43,861 nucleotides of DNA, taken from IMG/VR virus record IMGVR_UViG_3300046832_000271, positions 1 to 43,861 of that record; one strand, given 5' to 3'. Below the pieces are notes generated by a model. The model was not told the DNA's origin and ran no database searches. It saw only the letters and a program-made list of their open reading frames with translations. The first letter of the stretch is position 1, and each line of letters opens with the position of its first letter. This document shows, one piece after another, positions 1-9,260 of the stretch. The position numbers and the translations under genes are program-made. This DNA comes from a virus. Its lineage: Duplodnaviria > Caudoviricetes.

Positions 1-82
1 CGTAACGTTTATATTCTAAACCAAATAGTGCGTTTAGTCCTGGTAAGAGCTCTTTTAGGAGCTGTGCACGTGAAATAGCCAT
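1..82 (-). CDS. Major capsid protein, N-terminal fragment (runs off window edge)
   Basis: Manual translation from ATG at 82: MAISRAQLLKELLPGLNALFGLEYKRY, an N-terminus I recognise from capsid proteins of related aquatic phages; AGGAG RBS upstream; follows scaffold and decoration genes. Confidence 0.8.
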   Translation of the reverse strand, partial: MAISRAQLLKELLPGLNALFGLEYKRY

Positions 83-97
83 GTTTTATTCTCCTAG

Positions 98-688
98 TTA
101 AGCGGCAGCATTGCCAGTTGTTGATAAAAGTTGTGACAAGTTAAGTTTAACAATTGCTTCTACGAACGCATTTGAACCTGTCGCTGTGTCTGTAACAACA
201 TCTACAACTCTGAATGGGAAAGTTGCTGTAACAGCAGCTGAACCACCAAAAATAGATGAAGTTGCATTGCCAGTTGTATCATCAGGAGTGCCAACAATAC
301 CTGTAACGTTTGTGCCGACAATGTTTCTGCCTGCAGCGGTAATTGTTGAGTTATTACCTGTGATTGCAACTTTAAATACCGCAAATGGATCATCAACAAC
401 ATAAGCGATAACGTTAGTTACGCCAGAAGCTGGTGCGTATTGCGCTTGAACTGTTTGACCAGTTGAGTTTGTGTATTGAACGCCTACTGCAACACCAAGA
501 ATGTTACCTTGTGTTAAATCAGAATCGCCTGATACTGTGCCGCCGATAGCTAAAACAACCGGTTGACCGTTATAAATTGCTTGACCAGATGTTACAGGGT
601 ACTGACGTGTAGCACCTGCATATGGTAAGCCGTCTAAACGGTTAATTGGTTTAAAGCCATACGGAGCAGATATGGTTGGATACGCCAT
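98..688 (-). CDS. Putative capsid decoration/cement protein
   Basis: 196 aa, Gly/Thr/Val/Ala-rich beta-type; APYGFKP N-terminal motif; directly upstream of capsid gene; AAGGAG RBS. Confidence 0.6.
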   Translation of the reverse strand: MAYPTISAPYGFKPINRLDGLPYAGATRQYPVTSGQAIYNGQPVVLAIGGTVSGDSDLTQGNILGVAVGVQYTNSTGQTVQAQYAPASGVTNVIAYVVDDPFAVFKVAITGNNSTITAAGRNIVGTNVTGIVGTPDDTTGNATSSIFGGSAAVTATFPFRVVDVVTDTATGSNAFVEAIVKLNLSQLLSTTGNAAA

Positions 689-712
689 AATTATCTCCTT
701 TAAATATTTATA

Positions 713-1162
713 TTAATTACCTTTACCAAAGGATGTCGTAGATTTCTTCTCTGAGAAAAGAGGCATACGTGCATCACTTTGTTTTAAAAAGTTGTTGTCA
801 ACTGCATCGGCTTGTTGTTTTGCTTGTGAAGCATAATGAGCCTTACGTTGTGCAACAAACTCTTCGGGGATCTTGCAAAGTAATAAGCCACCAATTTCAA
901 TACCATCTTTAAAACGGCTGTTTTGGTCGACCATTAACTTCATTTCAGGGTGGTCCGCTAATTTAACGGGTTCCCATCCTTCACGCATTTTTGAAGAGAC
1001 ATTTAGATTATCAGCTTCGTTCATGACACTTGTACGAATCCAACGGTATGCCCAACCTGGTACCTTTTTAAATTCAGGTAATAGGGAGGCAGGTTTCCAG
1101 CTATCTGCACGTTGAAAATCATTTCTTGTATCTTGTTCTCGATCTAATCTTGTATTATCCAT
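713..1162 (-). CDS. Conserved head-module hypothetical protein
   Basis: 149 aa; GWAYRWIR...EGWEPV...GGLLLCKIP motifs typical of this phage head cluster. Confidence 0.7.
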   Translation of the reverse strand: MDNTRLDREQDTRNDFQRADSWKPASLLPEFKKVPGWAYRWIRTSVMNEADNLNVSSKMREGWEPVKLADHPEMKLMVDQNSRFKDGIEIGGLLLCKIPEEFVAQRKAHYASQAKQQADAVDNNFLKQSDARMPLFSEKKSTTSFGKGN

Positions 1163-2198
1163 TTGTGTTCTCCAATTTTAAAGTTTCTCTTGCATATTGC
1201 TCCGGTGTTAGACCAAATTTTTTGGCTAACGCTACTTGTGTCTTCGTCAATCGTACTTTTTTAGGCGCGGTACTACGCGTTGCCGGGGCAACTACAGTCG
1301 AAGGTTTCGTGCGCTGGGCGGGTTGGTCCTCGTCTAGCGTTGCATCCCCAAAGTATTCTGGGAATCGTTTCTGCATCGTACTATCTATACGACGGTAATA
1401 TTCGTCAGAGGTAGGACTGATCCCGCTTCTAACTAATTTTTCATGTACGCCTAATGCTAGGCTTGTCATTTCTTCATCTTTACCAAACCAGTCGTTATTA
1501 TCTTGCCAAGCGACTGCTTTATTGTCTGGTTTAAAAGATTGATTTTGATTTTGTTGTATATATACAGGATTTTCAGGTTCCTGTAAAGCATTTTTAAATC
1601 TAGGCTCATACTGTTGAGCTTGAGATAAACGCATTTGAGCATCATTCATGCGTTGCTGAGCGTTAATAATTTGGTCAGTTTCACCCGCATTATACGCCTC
1701 ACGATAATCTCGTTTAGCTAAATCTAATTGCTGTTCTAGCGAATTTTTAAGTGTTTCAATATAAGTCGATTCGCCAGAGCTTAAAGTAGTTTTTAACTTT
1801 TTATTTTCTTCCGCAATTTGCTGGGCAAATTTAATTGCTTCTTGTCTTTCACGATCAGCGGATTCTTTAGCACGTCTTTCGTCATGCCAAACTTTTTTAA
1901 GCTGCGCCATACGTTGTTTAACACGTTCAGAATAATCTTCTAATGTGTCATTTTCTAGTTCTTCGACTTTTTCTTTGGGTAAAGGTTCTTTGCCTCTATC
2001 CGCAGCTGGGATATCATCTTCAATTTCTAAATCAAAGTCGTCTTGCCTTGCTTCTTTAATAGCAGCTTTTGTTGTTTCATTTGGCTCTATTGGTTTTGGT
2101 TCTAGATCAATTTCTTTTTCATCAGATACTTTACTACCTGGTATTTCGTCATCATCTGGATATTCAAAAACAATATCTCCATCTTTTACGTCAGCCAT
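1155..2198 (-). CDS. Putative capsid scaffolding protein
   Basis: 347 aa; acidic N-terminus, long coiled coil, C-terminal LAKKFGLTPEQYA helix; between portal and capsid. Confidence 0.7.
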   Translation of the reverse strand: MADVKDGDIVFEYPDDDEIPGSKVSDEKEIDLEPKPIEPNETTKAAIKEARQDDFDLEIEDDIPAADRGKEPLPKEKVEELENDTLEDYSERVKQRMAQLKKVWHDERRAKESADRERQEAIKFAQQIAEENKKLKTTLSSGESTYIETLKNSLEQQLDLAKRDYREAYNAGETDQIINAQQRMNDAQMRLSQAQQYEPRFKNALQEPENPVYIQQNQNQSFKPDNKAVAWQDNNDWFGKDEEMTSLALGVHEKLVRSGISPTSDEYYRRIDSTMQKRFPEYFGDATLDEDQPAQRTKPSTVVAPATRSTAPKKVRLTKTQVALAKKFGLTPEQYARETLKLENTNG

Positions 2199-2208
2199 AT
2201 ATTACTCC

Positions 2209-2655
2209 TTATGCGCGAGTGTAGCCGCGAGGATCTGCAACAACCCCCTCAACTGTATCGTCGTTAATAATGCGGAATTCTCTTCCGTGGATTTTAAATC
2301 TTGTACCTGCGTATGCACGTGTCAAAACAAAATCACCCTCTTTACACCATGGACCCGTAGGAAATCTAACTTCATCTTTATAAGCTAGGTCACCTACTCT
2401 TACTACAAACAAAACTACGGTCGAATGTTCTTCTATAGTTCTAGTTGAATCTGCTTTTACAATACCGCCTTTATATGTTTCTGCCGCATCAGGAATTGCA
2501 CAAAGTATCTTGTATCCTTTAGGCTCAGGTAATTGTAATCCACGTTCTTCAATTGGTATATCTTCTGCATCTACTGCGTCTAGCGTTGGAATATTAATTG
2601 GTCGACCACTTGCATCTACCAAATTCTTATTCATCGTAAGGATTTGCTCACTCAT
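2209..2655 (-). CDS. GroES-like co-chaperonin
   Basis: PKGYKIL...GGIV...VGDLAY...KEGDFV...YAGT...EFRIINDDTVEGVV fits Cpn10 motifs; likely start MSEQ at 2655 after GGAG. Confidence 0.85.
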   Translation of the reverse strand: MSEQILTMNKNLVDASGRPINIPTLDAVDAEDIPIEERGLQLPEPKGYKILCAIPDAAETYKGGIVKADSTRTIEEHSTVVLFVVRVGDLAYKDEVRFPTGPWCKEGDFVLTRAYAGTRFKIHGREFRIINDDTVEGVVADPRGYTRA

Positions 2656-2842
2656 CTTCAAACGTCTCCATTCTTTGTGCGAGGTCTTTAATTAAACTTT
2701 CTGCTACGGATAAACCTCGAATATATCCGGTCATATTTTGGTACGAAGCAAAATCTTTTGCTGCTCCGTCTCCTAAATTATTTAAAACTGTTTTGCGCTG
2801 ATCATCTATTCGAGACAATAATAGCTCTAGCGTTTGGTCCAT
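2648..2842 (-). CDS. Hypothetical protein (64 aa)
   Basis: In-operon ORF between portal and GroES; GYIRGL motif. Confidence 0.7.
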   Translation of the reverse strand: MDQTLELLLSRIDDQRKTVLNNLGDGAAKDFASYQNMTGYIRGLSVAESLIKDLAQRMETFEDE

Positions 2843-2848
2843 GATTTA

Positions 2849-5356
2849 TTACTCCTGTGGTTGTTGATTCCTTTTTTGGGCTTGTATTTGTTCCATCTGG
2901 GCACGGTATTGTAGTTGAGCTTGTTCTTTACGTATGTCTTGCTCGTTATTATCTTTAACTGCTTGAATACCTAATTTAGTTCCCTCAACAAATTGTTTAG
3001 CTTCAATGTCTTTATCTGATTTAACTGCTTGCGCACCCAACTGAGCACCAGCAATACGTTCTTGAGATTCAATACGCATCTTATCAAGTTCAAGTCTAGC
3101 TTGTTCTGCTTGAATATCTGCTTGAGTTTTTTGCTGTTTAATTTGTAGATCCTGTGCTTTAAGTTGTAACTCTTGTTGCTGCATTTGAATAATTGGATCT
3201 TGTTGCTGTTGTTGAGCTTGTTCTTGTTGAGCTTCAAAAGCAGACTTAGCAGCAAGTTTCTTAGCCGCTTCAGCCATAACTTTAGATAATTCAAACTCTA
3301 TATCTTCTGGCAATGTTTCATCAGGTTTAGGTAGTGGTACACCTAATTGTTCTTCAAGTTGTTTTCTATATTCAAACGCTACGTGCTCATTAATGTGTGC
3401 CATAGCTGCAGCTTGAATTGCACCGGCTTGTGGATTCTGTCCTACCATTTGTAGAATCTTAGGATCTTGCATAGCTGTCATATGTACTTGAATATGTGCT
3501 TGATGGTCTTGATAAATAAATGCTTTAACAGGTTTACCATTAATAATATTCATATTTTCAGACACAGGATCTTTTGGTGTTTGATCGTCAGACGATGGAA
3601 TAAGCTTGCTAATATTCTTAACACCAAGTACTTCTAACATTTGTTTATTAAGTTCTACTTGGTCATAAATTTGTGGATTAGCTTGTGCCATCTGCATAAC
3701 TGCTTGATACTGAACAACTTTCTGTGACATCGTTGCAGCATTAGGATCACTTACTGGAATAACATCTACGTTATCATAGTCAGCTTGCTTAGCACGACGA
3801 TCACCTACTTCAGGATCATAAGAATATTCTTCTGGCGTGTAATCACGAATAATGCCTTTAAGTAATTTAAACTCTTGTTTCATTGCATAGTAAATACGAG
3901 CTTGTACAGCTGACATTACTTTGAGAGTTCTTTCTAATATAGCAAGGGTTGTGCCCACGGGAGAGTTAGCACTCATGTCAGACACTTTCATATCTGCTGC
4001 TGAAGCAAAACGTCGTCCTTCTTCGATGATCTGATTCATCAATTGGTTAAGAACTTGTGAAGGCTCTTTATAAGGAAGCGGTAAAATGTTGTCACGCACT
4101 GCACCACTTGGTACATCTACGTCACGCCATTCACCTGGTGCAATCGGAGTATCATCGCCTTTAATGCGTAGACCACGAGACTTAAGACCACCTGGTAAAT
4201 TAGCTAGTGTACCTGCATCAACTAACTGACGAAGTATCATCGTGCCAGATTTAGCAAAGGCGCCGATTAAATGAATTAAACCGAAGCAATAGAAACCAAA
4301 ACCTGGAATATAACCATAGTGTACAAAGTGTTGACGTTTAGATTTTAACTTATCATCTGGATTCCAATTACGACGAATGGCTAAGATAGTGCCTGTACCT
4401 TTTTCAATAGTTACTACATAAGGTAATGCAATACCATCTTCACTATCACCATTTTCTAAATCTAAGTTAACATGTAATTCAAGAATTTTATAACGATCAT
4501 CTTCTGTAGGATTGAAACCTAATTTTTCCGCAATCTTTTTCTCTGCTTCATCAATGTCTAAAAACGGTTCACCCAAATCTACATCGCGATAAAAACCTGC
4601 CACTTGTAATCTATGTAATTCATTCTTAGTCTTGCGCATAACATGTGTAACACGCTCAGCTGTTTCTAAGTTAGAAGCCCCGTAAGGTACTACAATATCT
4701 TCAGCTGGAACATACATCGCCACTTGACGCTCTAACGCTGGATCATAATAAACTTTCTTAAATGCATTACCTGATAAACCTAGACCCCATAACATTCTTT
4801 CATGCTCAGGTCTATACTCAGGCATCATGTCCGTGAGCTGATAGTTCATATCATCTTTTACACGTTCAGCAGCATCTTCTTTTTCTTTTGTTTGCTTACC
4901 GATAATTACGGTTTTAACTGGGCCTGCGGCGGGGAATGTTTCCATCATAGTTTCAGCTTGGAACTTAACCAGCGCTTCTGTCATTAAGGGATGATATACA
5001 TTACATGCGCCGGGCCACGGTTCTGTTCTGTCTTCTACTTTTAAGCCTAGTAATTCTAAGCCGTCTACATAAGTAGTTAACCAATCTTTTCTTGAATTAA
5101 TATCGGCATCGTATTCACCAATTAAATCACCTGACAATTCAGTCAACTGACCTTCATCCATATCGTCTGCTAAGTTTGCATTGAATTCATCTCCGGCAAC
5201 ATCTTTACCTGGAATGATTGTAATTTCCATACTACCGTCATCAAGTGTTACACTTTCTGGGTTTTCAATCTCAATAGAAAGGTCTGGTTGACCCATCGCT
5301 AATTCTTCTAGACCTTGAGGTGCTTGACTTATACTTTTATCTACATTGTCTGCCAT
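2849..5356 (-). CDS. Portal protein
   Basis: 835 aa directly downstream of TerL; Gln-rich C-terminal coiled coil as in P22-type portals. Confidence 0.85.
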   Translation of the reverse strand: MADNVDKSISQAPQGLEELAMGQPDLSIEIENPESVTLDDGSMEITIIPGKDVAGDEFNANLADDMDEGQLTELSGDLIGEYDADINSRKDWLTTYVDGLELLGLKVEDRTEPWPGACNVYHPLMTEALVKFQAETMMETFPAAGPVKTVIIGKQTKEKEDAAERVKDDMNYQLTDMMPEYRPEHERMLWGLGLSGNAFKKVYYDPALERQVAMYVPAEDIVVPYGASNLETAERVTHVMRKTKNELHRLQVAGFYRDVDLGEPFLDIDEAEKKIAEKLGFNPTEDDRYKILELHVNLDLENGDSEDGIALPYVVTIEKGTGTILAIRRNWNPDDKLKSKRQHFVHYGYIPGFGFYCFGLIHLIGAFAKSGTMILRQLVDAGTLANLPGGLKSRGLRIKGDDTPIAPGEWRDVDVPSGAVRDNILPLPYKEPSQVLNQLMNQIIEEGRRFASAADMKVSDMSANSPVGTTLAILERTLKVMSAVQARIYYAMKQEFKLLKGIIRDYTPEEYSYDPEVGDRRAKQADYDNVDVIPVSDPNAATMSQKVVQYQAVMQMAQANPQIYDQVELNKQMLEVLGVKNISKLIPSSDDQTPKDPVSENMNIINGKPVKAFIYQDHQAHIQVHMTAMQDPKILQMVGQNPQAGAIQAAAMAHINEHVAFEYRKQLEEQLGVPLPKPDETLPEDIEFELSKVMAEAAKKLAAKSAFEAQQEQAQQQQQDPIIQMQQQELQLKAQDLQIKQQKTQADIQAEQARLELDKMRIESQERIAGAQLGAQAVKSDKDIEAKQFVEGTKLGIQAVKDNNEQDIRKEQAQLQYRAQMEQIQAQKRNQQPQE

Positions 5357-5365
5357 AATTTATCC

Positions 5366-6907
5366 TTATATTGCGTATAATCTGTTTCGAGAACTTTTAA
5401 ATCCTGGTATATCTTCAGGCTCATCACTAGGTAATCTAATAAACCCACCTTGTCTGAATCTCATTAATGCTAACGTTGTTGAGTCAACTAAGTCATCATT
5501 TGCGCCACTTGGAAAGTCGTTGCACTCTTCTATAACCTCATGTGCCCATCGTCTGTCGGGAGCCCACACTATACCACTTCTAAACAAGTCTGACACAGCA
5601 TTAACTCGACTTATTTTGTCTTGTCCTTTACCTGGTGTAAACTCACCGACGGGAATACCCATCCGTCTAAACTCTTGATAAAGTGCAGCACCGTTAGATT
5701 TCTTTTCGACTAGAAATGCATCTGGTTCCCACTCTTTATATTCTTGTATACAAAGCTCTTTTAACTCTGGGAACTCTAGTCGTTGCTTAATGCTATTTAA
5801 TAGTATTATATTATAGTTATTGGTTTCTTCGTTAAAAAAGACGCCCCAAGTGGTGAGCGCGTTATAGTCCGCTCTGTTATTCGCCTCTTGGGCAGCATCT
5901 AAACTCATGATCGTAAACTCACAACTCGGTGGATCTTCTTCTTCCCATATCTTCCACCACTCCCTTTTAACTAAAGCACCTTCTTCTGACACCGGGTTTT
6001 GCAAGTATTGCGCATTCCAGTACCGAACATCTAACGCCGCTTTCTTTGCTAAGAGTTCTTTGAGTGGCCAGAAGTCAGGCCATAGTGATTCTTCTTCACC
6101 TTGTTTATTATGTATGATCGCAGGAAACTCTACGACTTCCCACTCGTCTACGCCTTCTTGTTTTATCATCTGGTTAACAATTTCACCAGTCAAGTCTAAC
6201 TTAGACCACCGAGTCATCACTACGATAATCGCACCACCTGGCATAAGACGTTGAAGAGGGCCAGATTGAAACCACTCCCAAGCAGGCTTAAAGACATCAG
6301 CCCTTCCAAGTTTTGCATCTTGCTCGGAGTGTGGATCATCAATGATAAAAAGATCAGCGCCGCGACCAGCGAGGGCACCACCAACACCAATTGCGAAATA
6401 TTCACCATTAAAATTTGTCCCCCATCGTGATGCCGATTTACTATCTGCTTGTAGTTCTACCTGTGGGAAGATATCTTTATAAGCGTCACTACCCACCAAG
6501 TTTCTAACCCGACGACCAAAATTAACAGCAAGGTCAGCCGTATGCGACGCCATAATAACTTTCTTATTAGGGTATTTACCAAGAAACCAGGCTGGAGCAA
6601 GATATGAAATAAGCTCACTCTTCCCGTGCCTCGGAGCAATGTTAACAATAACTCGTTTCTTGACGCCGTTCGCAATGTCTTCAAATATCTGAGCAAGTTT
6701 CCTATGATGGTCTCCTATCATGTAACCTGGGTATACATGTTGTATAAAATCTAAAAACGTTTCTTTGCCCGATTTCTCGACAACCTTGGTTTTATATATT
6801 TTAAGAAGTTTCTGGAGCTTAACCTTTTGGGCCTCGTCTGCTTCAGGAAAAAGGGCTTGTAACTCCTCGATATCCTTACTCGTCAGTTTTGGTTTCGTCT
6901 CTGGCAT
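5366..6907 (-). CDS. terL: Terminase large subunit
   Basis: Walker A APRHGKS, Walker B LFIIDDP, coupling motif MTRW, nuclease motifs and C-terminal FPSGANDDLVDS. Confidence 0.95.
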   Translation of the reverse strand: MPETKPKLTSKDIEELQALFPEADEAQKVKLQKLLKIYKTKVVEKSGKETFLDFIQHVYPGYMIGDHHRKLAQIFEDIANGVKKRVIVNIAPRHGKSELISYLAPAWFLGKYPNKKVIMASHTADLAVNFGRRVRNLVGSDAYKDIFPQVELQADSKSASRWGTNFNGEYFAIGVGGALAGRGADLFIIDDPHSEQDAKLGRADVFKPAWEWFQSGPLQRLMPGGAIIVVMTRWSKLDLTGEIVNQMIKQEGVDEWEVVEFPAIIHNKQGEEESLWPDFWPLKELLAKKAALDVRYWNAQYLQNPVSEEGALVKREWWKIWEEEDPPSCEFTIMSLDAAQEANNRADYNALTTWGVFFNEETNNYNIILLNSIKQRLEFPELKELCIQEYKEWEPDAFLVEKKSNGAALYQEFRRMGIPVGEFTPGKGQDKISRVNAVSDLFRSGIVWAPDRRWAHEVIEECNDFPSGANDDLVDSTTLALMRFRQGGFIRLPSDEPEDIPGFKSSRNRLYAI

Positions 6908-7538
6908 CTTCTACAATTTCTGCATCTATAATTTCAGATTTAGGTTTTATCAACGCTTTTTGTTTTAGTTCACTAAGCATACTAAGTAATTCTTTTTCAA
7001 CTTCTTCCATCGTCTCCATCTTGTGGATAACTTCGGTCTTCTTCTTAAACGCATCGACACCATCGACTTCACCAATCGATCTTAATGCTGTAATTTGTTC
7101 TTTAAGGTTACTATCCTCATGATGCACAATCTCAACCAACTTGTTTACCACGTATAACTTCAAATCAGCTAGGTCTTTTACGATCATGTGGTTGTATGAC
7201 CCAACAAGTCCACCTAAGTAGGCCACGGTTTCATTTGCGTATAGACCATACTCTTGTTTCATACCTGGGTTTTCTACCATTTTGCGTGCTAAATCTTCTG
7301 CTTCTTTAACATTTTCTGCGTTTGGCGCAATTTCTTCACCCATAATGTCACTTACTTCTTTAATTGTTTTAGCTCGAATCATAACTTCGTCTTCCGACGT
7401 CATACTTGGTAGGGCTTCCCTTGCATTCTTGGGCATAGGTATGTTTTCTTCGATAAAAGGCACAATAACAACCTCGTTACTGGGTTTATCTTGTTGATTT
7501 TCTTGAGTATTTTGGTCTTGCATGTGTCGCTGATACAC
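6876..7538 (-). CDS. Putative terminase small subunit
   Basis: Helical 220-aa ORF overlapping TerL start; assignment by position; true start may be ATG at 7523. Confidence 0.55.
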   Translation of the reverse strand: MYQRHMQDQNTQENQQDKPSNEVVIVPFIEENIPMPKNAREALPSMTSEDEVMIRAKTIKEVSDIMGEEIAPNAENVKEAEDLARKMVENPGMKQEYGLYANETVAYLGGLVGSYNHMIVKDLADLKLYVVNKLVEIVHHEDSNLKEQITALRSIGEVDGVDAFKKKTEVIHKMETMEEVEKELLSMLSELKQKALIKPKSEIIDAEIVEDARDETKTDE

Positions 7539-7569
7539 CTTTGGGTAGAATTTTGCAGCTAATTCGACT

Positions 7570-7620
7570 ATTTTATACTACTTTGGGTTTTAGCCGCAAC
7601 TTATTTAGTATAATAACCAT
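7570..7620. promoter_or_regulatory. Back-to-back divergent -10 elements
   Basis: Inverted repeat TTATACTA (7573-7580) / TAGTATAA (7606-7613); TATAAT at 7609-7614 lies 6 nt before ATG 7621. Confidence 0.45.
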
Positions 7621-7965
7621 ATGAAAACCACGTTGACTAAGAAAAACCTAGAGATCCTATACAACATGGCGTGTAAAATGCCACCCTTCAATAGACTCCC
7701 TATGCCTAAGTCAGACAAAGTTAAGTTCCGTGTCATTAAGAACCCTGCTATCTATGGTTGCTTTGACGAGGTAGACATGGCCATTGAAATAAGTTCTGGT
7801 TCTTGTGGGCACTTCATTACTATCTTCCAAACCCTCCTCCATGAAATGGTTCACTTAGCTCTCTACGTTCGAGGCGATGATGACTTCGATCAGCACGGGG
7901 CTAAATTCATGCGTATTAAAGACGTTTACTCCGAGTTATACAACTTCGATCCTAAAGCTATTTAG
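7621..7965 (+). CDS. SprT-like zinc metalloprotease
   Basis: LLHEMVH (HExxH) followed by HGAKF third ligand, the SprT signature. Confidence 0.75.
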   Translation: MKTTLTKKNLEILYNMACKMPPFNRLPMPKSDKVKFRVIKNPAIYGCFDEVDMAIEISSGSCGHFITIFQTLLHEMVHLALYVRGDDDFDQHGAKFMRIKDVYSELYNFDPKAI

Positions 7966-8158
7966 TTTTCATTCGTTTTATCTTTTTCTTTCCTTTGAAT
8001 GAAACTTTACTAACTAAACTCCCAACTTTTTTTGCAAAATATTTTTTTGATATCCCTTTTATTTTACTAGGGGGTACTTTCTGATATTTGGATTTTATAT
8101 TGGTCGTTCGTGAAAGTCTAAGTGTAGAAGATAAAAAATAATTCCTTTCAAAATTTTT

Positions 8159-8188
8159 GGGGGGTGGGGGGCGGGTAGGGGTCCAGGG
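8159..8188 (+). other. G-tract cluster (G-quadruplex-capable) in non-coding switch region; candidate packaging/terminus region
   Basis: G6-T-G6-C-G3-TA-G4-TCCA-G3, flanked by A/T tracts. Confidence 0.5.
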
Positions 8189-8217
8189 TGGAGGCCTATT
8201 ATCTATTTGCCTATAAT

Positions 8218-8259
8218 TGTAAAATAATACTTGACATATTAAATTTAATTATGTATCCT
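8218..8259 (+). promoter_or_regulatory. Sigma70-type early promoter P1
   Basis: TTGACA 8231-8236, 17-nt spacer, TATCCT 8254-8259; AGGAG RBS downstream. Confidence 0.65.
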
Positions 8260-8299
8260 TGGGCTGTAGTATTTAATTAATCAACTAGGAGTATTAATT

Positions 8300-8620
8300 A
8301 TGTATCAGACAATAAGCGATTATGATTTTAGAAATGCGTTTCACAATATGGGAAGGGGTGAGCAGTTTAGCTATGAGGGCTTAACTATTCTATTCGATGC
8401 GCTCGAACAGTACGAGGTCGACAACGGGGAACCCTTTGAGCTTGATGTCATTGCGTTATGCTGTGACTTCAGTGAGCTATCAGAAAAAGAAGTGAGAGAC
8501 ACTTACGGGGACATGATCGACGAGGCGGACGAGGTCGAGGAGTTCCTACATGATAACACTTGGGTGCTAGGTTCTCACGAGGTCGACGGCGTTAAACATT
8601 TTATATTTCAGCAATTCTAA
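8300..8620 (+). CDS. Acidic early hypothetical protein
   Basis: 106 aa, AGGAG RBS; FSYEGL..LF and ELDVIALCCDFSE motifs recurrent in phage early genes. Confidence 0.8.
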   Translation: MYQTISDYDFRNAFHNMGRGEQFSYEGLTILFDALEQYEVDNGEPFELDVIALCCDFSELSEKEVRDTYGDMIDEADEVEEFLHDNTWVLGSHEVDGVKHFIFQQF

Positions 8621-8630
8621 GGGGGTCACC

Positions 8631-8831
8631 ATGCATTCAATTAAGCAATTCAGAATTACATCTATGCATGATCGGGGTTATTTTACTATGACCCTATTCG
8701 GTCACACATCAGAAGAGAGCGCCATTAAAACATTCATGGACGTTGAAAAGTGTCCACGCTCTGCGATCATCAAAGTTGAAGACTTATCGACAAGGCCTCG
8801 GACATTCGCCGAGGTCACTAGGTTATCTTAA
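8631..8831 (+). CDS. Hypothetical protein
   Basis: 66 aa, G-rich RBS, in operon. Confidence 0.65.
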   Translation: MHSIKQFRITSMHDRGYFTMTLFGHTSEESAIKTFMDVEKCPRSAIIKVEDLSTRPRTFAEVTRLS

Positions 8832-8848
8832 TTATAGGGGGTTATACA

Positions 8849-9004
8849 ATGCACACATTTAAATATCAGGTCACTTGGTTATCTTTTTGGGTTAAGCCTC
8901 AAGTCTTTGTCACAAACAGTGAGGACGATGTAAAAGTATTAAAATACGAGGGCGTCAATCAGCAATACAAGGTTGAGATCGAGGAGGGGGAATTCACTCT
9001 ATGA
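8849..9004 (+). CDS. Small hypothetical protein (51 aa, not in ORF track)
   Basis: MHTFKYQVTWLSF...EGEFTL; G-rich RBS; stop overlaps next ATG (ATGA). Confidence 0.55.
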   Translation: MHTFKYQVTWLSFWVKPQVFVTNSEDDVKVLKYEGVNQQYKVEIEEGEFTL

Positions 9005-9093
9005 ACTACCTAGTATTCAAGGCCACATATCAGCTCATGAGGTTCAACCAAGTAAAACGACGCGAACTCGATGCACAAGGTTCACCCGCGTAA
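9001..9093 (+). CDS. Small hypothetical protein (30 aa, not in ORF track)
   Basis: MNYLVFKATYQLMRFNQVKRRELDAQGSPA; GGAGGGGG upstream; ATGA coupling. Confidence 0.4.
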   Translation: MNYLVFKATYQLMRFNQVKRRELDAQGSPA

Positions 9094-9095
9094 TG

Positions 9096-9121
9096 ACTGG
9101 GTTTAACCTAGTAAACCCAGT
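9096..9121. repeat. Perfect 10-bp inverted repeat
   Basis: ACTGGGTTTA-ACCTAG-TAAACCCAGT. Confidence 0.75.
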
Positions 9122-9127
9122 GAGACT

Positions 9128-9159
9128 AAGCCCTACTTCGTGTGGGGCTTTTTCTTTTT
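9128..9159 (+). terminator. Rho-independent terminator
   Basis: AAGCCCTAC-TTCGT-GTGGGGCTT stem-loop followed by T-tract. Confidence 0.8.
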
Positions 9160-9260
9160 GTAATACCCAAGTAAATTACTCAGGATTAAATTTAGGGGGG
9201 TCTGATCGACACGCGGGAGGGAACAGGTATCAAAGCCAATTGCTCATTTTGACTTCGCCA

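Noticed and set aside
2971-3294. Same-strand alternative-frame ORF in portal
   Set aside because: L/K/N-rich shadow frame of a Gln/Ala-rich coil; no evident RBS
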